From contig MHGN01000005.1 of the NCBI GenBank assembly GCA_001805575.1, positions 1-54,515 on the forward strand: a stretch of DNA of 54,515 nt, in the 5' to 3' direction. The notes beneath the pieces were generated by a model that was given only the letters and a program-made list of their open reading frames with translations, was not told the DNA's origin and searched no databases. Within the stretch, counting starts at the first letter, position 1. Each line of letters opens with the position of its first letter. Position numbers and translations under genes: made by a program. The stretch comes from Omnitrophica WOR_2 bacterium RIFCSPHIGHO2_02_FULL_45_21. GTDB taxonomy: Bacteria; Omnitrophota; Gorgyraeia; Gygaellales; UBA12090. Below are positions 1 to 7,285 of this stretch, piece by piece.

Positions 1-56
1 TACTTTGATTGCTTCCCGGCCTTCGGCGTACAGAAATATAAATTAAATACTTGCTC

Positions 57-107
57 CCCGCTCGACTTCCTTAATGACGATTAAGGCTTGAGGCGGGATT
101 ATTTTTT
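57..107 (+). terminator. Rho-independent terminator-like hairpin, presumably for the gene upstream of the window
   Basis: Imperfect stem CCCGCTCGACTTCCTTAAT / ATTAAGGCTTGAGGCGGG around loop GACG, followed by ATTATTTTTT. Confidence 0.5.
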
Positions 108-496
108 GTAGACATTTTTAAGGTTATTTGGATACCGGCTACCTGTTGGATTCAAAATGAGGGGATATCGACCATCTATATATCAGGCAAAAGCAGTTTG
201 GAAAGGTTAGTATCTTTTTTTTTCAGACCCCTCCCGCCCCTAAAAATCCCTGTTAGATTCTTCCGCTTCTTACGTCTATTATAGTAGGAGGTGGTCCACA
301 CGTATTATACCAATCCCAACAGCGCTGGTCATACTCAACAGGTGTTAGGCGGTTTATGTGCCATTTAACCGTATTAAGATTTATCTCTTTGGCAGCATTG
401 CGCTGAGAGAAAAGAGACCTAAAAGGCCTATAATCCCAGCTTCAACTTTCCTCAACTTTATTACCGCGTTACAGGCGCCAAACAAAAAAACTTTCC

Positions 497-525
497 TTTA
501 CAGCTTCTAAAAAATCTGTTATTAT
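497..525 (+). promoter_or_regulatory. Sigma70-like promoter for the tRNA / rnhA / rnpB cluster
   Basis: TTTACA (497-502), 17-nt spacer, TATTAT (520-525), about 45 nt upstream of the first tRNA; the ~570 nt upstream have no ORF of 60 aa or more. Confidence 0.4.
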
Positions 526-568
526 AAAACTTCACTTTTAAGATCAGAGGATGGGCAATGAATTCTCC

Positions 569-640
569 GGGCCCATAGCTCAGCGGTAGAGCAGGTGACT
601 CATAATCACTTGGTCGGAGGTTCGACCCCTCCTGGGCCCA
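569..640 (+). tRNA. tRNA with CAU anticodon (elongator tRNA-Met, or tRNA-Ile2 if lysidine-modified)
   Basis: 72-nt cloverleaf: acceptor GGGCCCA/TGGGCCC, D arm GCTC-AGCGGTA-GAGC, anticodon arm GGTGA-CTCATAA-TCACT (CAT at 601-603), T arm GGAGG-TTCGACC-CCTCC. G1-C72 pair argues against an initiator. No encoded CCA. Confidence 0.9.
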
Positions 641-660
641 GCAAAGAGCAGAACTAAGCG

Positions 661-734
661 GGGCGCATGGCTTAGCTGGTTAGAGCGCCACATTCACATT
701 GTGGAGGTCATAGGTTCGAATCCTATTGCGCCCA
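661..734 (+). tRNA. tRNA-Val (CAC anticodon)
   Basis: 74-nt cloverleaf: acceptor GGGCGCA/TGCGCCC, anticodon arm CCACA-TTCACAT-TGTGG, T arm ATAGG-TTCGAAT-CCTAT; no encoded CCA. Confidence 0.9.
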
Positions 735-758
735 TAATTATACATCGTGAGGTAAAAA

Positions 759-1487
759 TTGGCAGAGACGGTTAGCATAAAAGATCAGGTAAGGATTTTA
801 GTCCAGATGCAGGAAAGGGACAGCAAGATTTACGCTTTGTTAAAAGAAAAAGAAGAGCTGCCCGCAGAGATTTCCAGATTGCAAAATATTTTTGAGGATA
901 AAAAGACAGCCTTGAAAAGCTTGGAGGAAAAAGAAAAGGCCCTGGCAGTCAAACGTAAAGAAGAAGAACTTGAGTTGGCTAGCAAAGAGGAAAATATCAG
1001 GAAGCTCAATACTCAACTATTATCTTTAAAAACCAATAAAGAATATCAGGCAATGTTAAGCCAAATCGGCGGTTTAAAAACTGATTGTTCTGTTTTAGAA
1101 GAAGAAATTTTAAAGATGATGGATGGGCAGGATTCGCTCAAGGCCGAGGCGGTTGGCGAGAAAGCGCGTTTAGCCGAAGAAGAAAATAAGTTTAAAGAAG
1201 AAAAGAAAAAAATTGATCAGCGGCTGAAAGAGATAGAATGGGCCATAAATGATTTGACTGCTAAACGTAATCAGCTCATTCCTTCTTTAGATAAACACAT
1301 TTTTTCATCGTATGAGCGGATTTTAAAAGGGCGCGGCGGCCTGGCATTGGTTAAAATCAAGGACTATTCCTGCCAGGGCTGCTACATCGCGGTTACTTCC
1401 CAGGTGGTAAATGAAATTAAGATGCAGGATAAGATGATTATCTGCGAGTCCTGCGCGCGCATGCTCTATCTTGAAGAGGACCTTTGA
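759..1487 (+). CDS. C4-type zinc-ribbon protein with long coiled coil (COG1579 / DUF164 family)
   Basis: ORF track; K/E-rich coiled-coil body and C-terminal CQGC...CESC zinc ribbon; TTG start 6 nt after GTGAGG. Confidence 0.75.
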   Translation: MAETVSIKDQVRILVQMQERDSKIYALLKEKEELPAEISRLQNIFEDKKTALKSLEEKEKALAVKRKEEELELASKEENIRKLNTQLLSLKTNKEYQAMLSQIGGLKTDCSVLEEEILKMMDGQDSLKAEAVGEKARLAEEENKFKEEKKKIDQRLKEIEWAINDLTAKRNQLIPSLDKHIFSSYERILKGRGGLALVKIKDYSCQGCYIAVTSQVVNEIKMQDKMIICESCARMLYLEEDL

Positions 1488-2008
1488 GGCAGTTAGATAT
1501 CTATATTGACGGCGCAGCTAAGGGTAACCCAGGCCCGGCGGGAATCGGCGTTGTCATTCTCCTGGATGGCCGGGTGCTTAAAAATATATCCAGATTTATT
1601 GGTAATAAAACCAATAATGTCGCTGAATATACCGCGCTTATCTATGGTTTGCAGGAAGCGCTGATTTTACTGGCGGACAAGAAAATCGCCTTCCCGCCTT
1701 TGGCGGAATCCGCCGTAGGCGTGATCGGCGATAACTCTAAGCGATTTTCAGTGGTTGGGAAAGTGCCTTATACTTTCCCAGACCATAAAATAAGAGTTTG
1801 GACTGATAGCGAACTGATTTCTAAACAGCTCAAAGGCGAATATAGAGTCAGGCACGAAAATTTAAAGCCGCTCTTTGAGCAGATAAAACATTTAACCGGC
1901 GGCTTCGGCTCATTCGAGATTCATCATATAAGCCGCGAACGTAATCGCGGGGCGGATAAATTAGCAAATCAGGCAGTTAAAGAATCAAAGATTAGAAGGC
2001 AGGCTTAG
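1484..2008 (+). CDS. rnhA: Ribonuclease HI carrying an internal insertion of about 36 aa
   Basis: Catalytic D-E-D-D context YIDGAAKGNPG, NNVAEYTAL, VWTDSEL, RGADKLAN; TTG start overlaps the upstream stop (TTGA). Confidence 0.85.
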   Translation: MRQLDIYIDGAAKGNPGPAGIGVVILLDGRVLKNISRFIGNKTNNVAEYTALIYGLQEALILLADKKIAFPPLAESAVGVIGDNSKRFSVVGKVPYTFPDHKIRVWTDSELISKQLKGEYRVRHENLKPLFEQIKHLTGGFGSFEIHHISRERNRGADKLANQAVKESKIRRQA

Positions 2009-2435
2009 GTGGACGCCCCCACCGCTTTACTTTGCAAAGCGAAGCAGTGAGGGAGGAAAGTCCGGGCTCCGGAGGGCAGCGCACCCTGAGAATATCAGGG
2101 CATCCCGCACCTTTTATTTATTCATGTTTTGGATAAAAATTTTGAATACTAAAAAGGTGCGGGATAGGATAAGAGCCACAGAGACGAGTAGCAGTTGAGG
2201 GTTTGTGAAAAGTTAGATTCTTCGGCTGCGAGATGAAACGAGGCAATCTCTGCGCGGAGAAAGGTCAAATAGGCCCAGCCCATTCTACCAATAATGGTAG
2301 GAATAAAAGTAGCCCGCTTGAAATTCTCATTTTATGAGAATGGGCTGGGTGGGTAGACTGCTTGAGTTCCGATGGTAACATCGGAATCTAGAGGAATGTC
2401 CATAAATAACAGAACCCGGCTTATGAGCCTGCTTC
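1995..2435 (+). ncRNA. rnpB: RNase P RNA, bacterial type A
   Basis: P4 strands GAGGAAAGTCCGGGCTC (about 2052) and ACAGAACCCGGCTTA (2409-2423). P1 pairing GAAGGCAGGCTT (1995-2006) with GAGCCTGCTTC (2425-2435). P2 TGGACG/TGTCCA. Long AT-loop hairpin ATCCCGCACCTTTT...AAAAGGTGCGGGAT. Ends are +/-10 nt. Confidence 0.88.
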
Positions 2436-2446
2436 AATTCGCGCGA

Positions 2447-2499
2447 ATAACTTACGTCGCTATAGTGAAAGCGAGTGCTCCGTAAGTTATGCGCTCATT
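2447..2499 (+). repeat. Hairpin-plus-GCTCATT element, copy A
   Basis: ATAACTTACG (2447-2456) pairs with CGTAAGTTAT (2481-2490), then GCGCTCATT (2491-2499), 3 nt before the ATG at 2503; clearly homologous to copy B at 23433-23485. Confidence 0.8.
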
Positions 2500-2502
2500 T
2501 AA

Positions 2503-3387
2503 ATGACCGTTATTCATCACCAGCATCACGGAATAAATAAGCTTTCGCGATTGAGGATTGCCTTAATCTTAACAGCCGTAGGTATGCTTTTTGAATTCCT
2601 AGGAGGTTTTCTTTCTAACAGCTTAGCTCTTATCTCCGATGCCTGGCATATGCTTACTCATTTATTTGCTTTGGGGATGAGCTATTTTGCCATATTGCTT
2701 GCTATGCGTCCGGTGACCAAGAAGCGCACCTATGGATTTTATCGGGCAGAAATCCTGGCAGCATTTGTCAACGGGATAGCGCTGATTTTTATATCTGTCT
2801 ATCTGGTCTATGAGGCGATTTTGAGATTTATGTCTCCCCAGAAGATAAGGGTCGGGGAGATGCTCTTTGTGGCAGGATTCGGTTTGCTGATTAACGGCCT
2901 AAGCACTTATCTTTTAGCCAAAGTAAGCCACCATGATTTGAATGTGCGCAGCGCCTTTTTGCACGAAATCGGGGATTTAGTATCCAGCGTCGCGGTGGTT
3001 GCCGCGGGATTAACCATATTTTATACCAATAGTTATATCATCGATCCTTTAATTTCCCTTTTTATCTGCGCGCTCATTATGATTTGGGCGGTGAAGCTGA
3101 TTATTGACTCCGCAAACATACTCCTGGAGGCAGCCCCGAAACATCTGGATATTGACGAGGTGGCTGCAGTATTGAAGAATGAAGTGAGCGGCGTCTATGA
3201 GGTGCATCATCTGCATGCCTGGACTATCGCATCTTCAATGTATGCCCTGACCGCCCATGTGGTTATTGAGGACTGTCAAGTAAGCAGTGCAAACGAACTT
3301 CTAAAAAAAATAAATACCTTACTGGAGGAGAGATTCCGCGTTGAGCATACCAACATCCAGTTTGAGTGCCTGATTAAAAAGCAATGA
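2503..3387 (+). CDS. Cation diffusion facilitator (CDF) divalent-metal efflux transporter
   Basis: His-rich N-terminus, six hydrophobic segments, SNSLALISDAWHML signature, C-terminal cytoplasmic domain. Confidence 0.85.
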   Translation: MTVIHHQHHGINKLSRLRIALILTAVGMLFEFLGGFLSNSLALISDAWHMLTHLFALGMSYFAILLAMRPVTKKRTYGFYRAEILAAFVNGIALIFISVYLVYEAILRFMSPQKIRVGEMLFVAGFGLLINGLSTYLLAKVSHHDLNVRSAFLHEIGDLVSSVAVVAAGLTIFYTNSYIIDPLISLFICALIMIWAVKLIIDSANILLEAAPKHLDIDEVAAVLKNEVSGVYEVHHLHAWTIASSMYALTAHVVIEDCQVSSANELLKKINTLLEERFRVEHTNIQFECLIKKQ

Positions 3388-3467
3388 CGGCTAATTTGGC
3401 AATATTATTCCATATATTCTTTTTTTCAATGCCGTTTTCGCTCTGCGCTCAAGGGGAGGTGGATAAG

Positions 3468-4106
3468 ATGCTTACGAACCTGCATTGGTTAGGCCACGCC
3501 AGCTTTAGATTAGACGCTTCGAGGATTATCTATTTTGACCCCTGGAAATTGCCCAAGGATTCCAGAAAGGCAGGGATCATTTTTATCTCCCACGACCACT
3601 TTGACCATTTTTCTAAGGACGACATTGCCTTGATAAGTACAAAAGAAACGGTGCTCGTAACGGATAAAAGCGTGGGTAGGCAATTAGAGGGTAAGCTGGT
3701 TTGCAAAGAAATCAAATCCCTTAAGCCAGGTAATAAGATTGAGGTTTCTAACGGGGTAAAGGTGCAGGCAGTCTATAGCTATAACCTAAACAAGGAATTC
3801 CATCCTAAAGAGGACGGGAAATTAGGATTTATTGTTACTATTGACGGGATTTCAATTTATCATGCCGGAGATACTGATTATATTCCCGAAATGAAAGATT
3901 ATGCCTGCGATATCGCTTTGCTTCCGGTAAGCGGAACCTATGTAATGACTGCGGATGAGGCAGCGAATGCGGCATTGGCGATTAAACCCAGGGCAGCGAT
4001 TCCTATGCATTATGGAGACATTGTCGGCTCTAATTCTGATGCCGAAGTTTTTAGGGATTCATTAAAAGATAAAGTAGAAGTAAGAATTTTGAAGAAAGAG
4101 AAATAG
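3468..4106 (+). CDS. MBL-fold metallo-hydrolase (UPF0173-like)
   Basis: SHDHFDH (HxHxDH) and HAGDT motifs. ATG at 3468 preferred because AGGGGAGGTGG lies 6 nt upstream; the ORF track start 3384 would add a hydrophobic leader. Confidence 0.75.
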   Translation: MLTNLHWLGHASFRLDASRIIYFDPWKLPKDSRKAGIIFISHDHFDHFSKDDIALISTKETVLVTDKSVGRQLEGKLVCKEIKSLKPGNKIEVSNGVKVQAVYSYNLNKEFHPKEDGKLGFIVTIDGISIYHAGDTDYIPEMKDYACDIALLPVSGTYVMTADEAANAALAIKPRAAIPMHYGDIVGSNSDAEVFRDSLKDKVEVRILKKEK

Positions 4107-4115
4107 GGAGGTTGA

Positions 4116-4301
4116 ATGAAAGCAGTAGTTGACCCGGATATTTGTATTGGCTGCGGCTTATGCGCGGATACCTGTCCCGGAGTTTATCGGATGGAAGGGG
4201 ATAAGGCAGTTATCTCTCTAGAGCCTGTTCCGCCGGACCAAGAGGAGTGCGCGCGCAAGGGCGCTGAGGAATGTCCGGTTGAGGCAATAAAAATATTATA
4301 A
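4116..4301 (+). CDS. Small single-cluster ferredoxin
   Basis: 61 aa with CIGCGLCADTCP ... CP motif; GGGAGG 5 nt upstream. Confidence 0.85.
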   Translation: MKAVVDPDICIGCGLCADTCPGVYRMEGDKAVISLEPVPPDQEECARKGAEECPVEAIKIL

Positions 4302-4357
4302 GATAGAGCGCAGAAATTTATGGAAATTGATTGAGATTGGTGGAAATTTATACTTTC

Positions 4358-4460
4358 GCGGCCAAAAACCGCCCCGCCGATGGCTGGGCGGATGGGTTTG
4401 GCCGCTCAAGTATTTCGCCAAGCAAGGAACCCCAGGCTTTAGCCTGGGAGGGGCTCCATT
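4358..4460 (+). repeat. GC-rich nested-hairpin intergenic element with a GGGCTCCATT tail
   Basis: Outer stem GCGGCCAAA (4358-4366) / TTTGGCCGC (4397-4405), inner CCGCCC/GGGCGG, second hairpin CCCAGGC-TTTA-GCCTGGG (4431-4448), tail GGGCTCCATT (4451-4460); ends resemble the short element at 42029-42052. Confidence 0.6.
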
Positions 4461-4517
4461 GTATACGAGGCAACAAATCTCCATATCTTTCAACGAATCT
4501 CCATATATTTCAGAGAT

Positions 4518-5528
4518 ATGTTAAAAGAGGCGCTTCTATACCAGAGGTTACCCGATAATAAAGTATCCTGTTATTTATGCAGCCATCGCTGTTTTATAAA
4601 TGATGACAACTTTGGCATTTGTCAGGTACGCCAGAATAAAGGCGGGGTTCTCTATACCTATGCCTATGGCGAGGTAGTGGCAGCGAATATTGACCCCATT
4701 GAGAAGAAGCCGCTCTTTCACATCTTGCCTGGTTCAAGTTCATTTTCTATTGCCAGCGCAGGCTGTAATTTTCGCTGCGGCTTCTGCCAAAATTGGCAGA
4801 TTTCTCAGAAAAGGGAAGCTGATAAGGTTGGTGTCAGCTCAAAGCCGATGAGCCCGCAAGAAATCGTAGCGAATGCCTTAAGCTATAAATGTAAAAGTAT
4901 CTCCTATACTTATACCGAGCCGACCATATTTTTTGAATACGCCTTTGAAACAGCTAAGCTTGCCAAAACAAAAGGGCTCTATAACGTATTTGTCACCAAT
5001 GGCTATATGAGCAAAGAGGCATTAGAGATGTTTCAGCCGTATTTAGATGCGGCTAACGTTGACTTAAAATTTTTTAGTGATCAGAGCTACATCCGTGTCT
5101 GCGGCGCAAAGTTAAGGCCGGTTTTAGAGTCAATTGCCCTGATGCGCAAACTAAATATCTGGGTAGAGGTGACTACCTTAGTTGTCCCGGGCGAAAATGA
5201 TTCAACTGAAGAATTGAAGGGGATTGCTTCATTTATCGCTGGCACAGGTAAAGAAATTCCCTGGCATATATCCCGTTTTCATCCTGACTACAAGATGACA
5301 GATAAAGCATCAACCGCATTTAGCAAATTAAAAGAGGCCGAGCAGCTTGGAAAAGATGCGGGTTTGCGCTATGTGTATATCGGCAATGTGCTCAAAGAGG
5401 ATAAGACATATTGCTCTAAATGCGCAAGGAGTTTGATTTCGCGTTTGGGCTTTGATATCGTTGAAAACAATTTAAAAAATGGAAAATGCCCTGATTGCGG
5501 CAGGGAGCTTGAAGGTGTAGGCTTATGA
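4518..5528 (+). CDS. AmmeMemoRadiSam-system-type radical SAM enzyme (AmrS-like)
   Basis: N-terminal CYLCSHRC...C cluster and radical SAM motif CNFRCGFCQNWQIS; C-terminal CSKC...CPDC. Confidence 0.8.
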   Translation: MLKEALLYQRLPDNKVSCYLCSHRCFINDDNFGICQVRQNKGGVLYTYAYGEVVAANIDPIEKKPLFHILPGSSSFSIASAGCNFRCGFCQNWQISQKREADKVGVSSKPMSPQEIVANALSYKCKSISYTYTEPTIFFEYAFETAKLAKTKGLYNVFVTNGYMSKEALEMFQPYLDAANVDLKFFSDQSYIRVCGAKLRPVLESIALMRKLNIWVEVTTLVVPGENDSTEELKGIASFIAGTGKEIPWHISRFHPDYKMTDKASTAFSKLKEAEQLGKDAGLRYVYIGNVLKEDKTYCSKCARSLISRLGFDIVENNLKNGKCPDCGRELEGVGL

Positions 5529-7279
5529 AAACAAAAAATATTCTGCGCCTGGGCATGGCGCAGATCAATACCTGCGTCGGTGATTTCTCGGGGAATACCC
5601 GGAAAATAATCAGCGCTATTGACCAGGCCAGGAAAGCGAGTTGCGACATTATTACCTTTCCTGAACTGAGTATCTGCGGTTATCCGCCCGAGGACCTCCT
5701 TTTTAAAGATAGCTTTATTCAGGAAAATCTGAGGCGCTTGGATGAAATAAGAAAGAGGACTACGCAGCTTGTGGCGATTGTCGGTTTTGTGGATAAATCT
5801 AAGGGCCAATTATTTAACAGCGCGGCAATCATTTATGAGCAAAAAATTATTGATATTTATCATAAGATACACCTTCCTAACTACGGCGTTTTTGATGAAA
5901 AACGTTATTTTACAGGAGGTAAGGGATTTTCTCTTTATGAGTTATCGGGAATCCGTTTTGGAGTGAATATTTGCGAAGATATCTGGATTGAAGACGGGGT
6001 CATTGCGGCACAGGCAAAATCCGGCGCCAGTTTGATTTTAACCATTAACGCCTCACCGTACCATATGGGAAAGATACGGCTTCGCCAGAGAGTGCTCAAA
6101 GAGCAGGCCAGGAAAAACAGAGTTTTTGTCCTCTATACGAACCTGGTCGGCGGCCAGGATGAACTGGTTTTTGACGGCCGAAGCATGCTGCTCACGGATA
6201 AAGGCCGGGTTGCCTCAAGCGCATTTGCTTTTAAAGAGGACCTGCGTATCGTTGATATCGAGAAAAATAAACTGCCTAAAAAGCAAAGAGCTAAAAGAGT
6301 GCGGCTTGTATCCATTGATATAGAGAAACGAGAGGAGGGCTTCCCTAAGCCACCGCTAATTTCAACTCAGCCGCCGAAGCTTATGCCTATGGAAGAGGTA
6401 TTTTCAGCCCTGGTTTTAGGGACTCAGGATTATGTGCATAAAAATGGTTTCCAGAAGGTAGTTCTGGGTTTAAGCGGAGGCATTGATTCCAGTTTAGTAG
6501 CAGTAATCGCCGCTGAGGCATTAGGAAAAGAAAACGTGGCCGGCGTCCTCTTGCCCTCAAAGTTTAATTCCCGGGAAAGCCTTGATGACGCGGCAGCCCT
6601 GGCAAATAATCTAAGAATAGAACATAGGATTATCCCGATTCAGGAGATTTTCCAGATGTATCTTAAGATTCTTAAACCTCATTTCTCAGGTAGGCCCTGG
6701 AACGTGGCTGAAGAAAATCTCCAGGCGCGCATCCGGGGGAATATCCTGATGGCGTTTTCAAATAAATTTGGCTGGTTGGTCCTGACTACCGGAAATAAAA
6801 GTGAGATGAGCGTTGGCTATGCCACGCTCTACGGAGATATGGCCGGCGGATTCGCGGTGATTAAGGATGTGCCGAAAACAATCGTCTATAAGCTGGCGGA
6901 GTTTTACAATTGTAAAGCAATGAGCGAGGTTATCCCGAGGCGCGTTTTCAAGAAAGCGCCCACTGCGGAATTGAAGGAAAATCAGAAGGATGCCGATACA
7001 TTGCCTGAATATGCAATACTTGATCCAGTATTAAAATACTACGTAGAGCAGGATTTATCCGTTTCGGAAATTATTAAGAAGGATTTTAGCAAGGCACCCC
7101 GCTGTAGGCGGGGCGATAGGCAAAGCCACAAAGGAGAGGTCTTAAGGGCCGTTCTGATGGTGGATAAGAGTGAGTATAAGCGCAGGCAGTCGCCGCCGGG
7201 AATAAAGATTACTCCGCGGGCATTTGGAAGGGACAGGAGAATGCCGATTACTAATAGATTTAATGAAGCCGCCGGTTGA
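5525..7279 (+). CDS. nadE: Glutamine-dependent NAD+ synthetase
   Basis: N-terminal CN-hydrolase domain, C-terminal synthetase domain with SGGIDSS P-loop and the EYKRRQSPPG...FGRDRRMPITNRF tail. Confidence 0.9.
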   Translation: MKTKNILRLGMAQINTCVGDFSGNTRKIISAIDQARKASCDIITFPELSICGYPPEDLLFKDSFIQENLRRLDEIRKRTTQLVAIVGFVDKSKGQLFNSAAIIYEQKIIDIYHKIHLPNYGVFDEKRYFTGGKGFSLYELSGIRFGVNICEDIWIEDGVIAAQAKSGASLILTINASPYHMGKIRLRQRVLKEQARKNRVFVLYTNLVGGQDELVFDGRSMLLTDKGRVASSAFAFKEDLRIVDIEKNKLPKKQRAKRVRLVSIDIEKREEGFPKPPLISTQPPKLMPMEEVFSALVLGTQDYVHKNGFQKVVLGLSGGIDSSLVAVIAAEALGKENVAGVLLPSKFNSRESLDDAAALANNLRIEHRIIPIQEIFQMYLKILKPHFSGRPWNVAEENLQARIRGNILMAFSNKFGWLVLTTGNKSEMSVGYATLYGDMAGGFAVIKDVPKTIVYKLAEFYNCKAMSEVIPRRVFKKAPTAELKENQKDADTLPEYAILDPVLKYYVEQDLSVSEIIKKDFSKAPRCRRGDRQSHKGEVLRAVLMVDKSEYKRRQSPPGIKITPRAFGRDRRMPITNRFNEAAG

Positions 7280-7285
7280 ATTAAG

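Noticed and set aside
3384-3467. Signal-peptide-like N-terminal extension of the MBL hydrolase (ORF track start 3384)
   Set aside because: A very strong SD (AGGGGAGGTGG) precedes the internal ATG at 3468. The shorter product matches the usual size of this family. The secreted form cannot be excluded.
4296-4558. Three overlapping 61-75 aa ORFs in the ferredoxin / radical SAM spacer
   Set aside because: They are mutually overlapping on both strands, W/R/G-rich, lack an SD, and coincide with GC-rich hairpin repeats. The region is better explained as a non-coding element.
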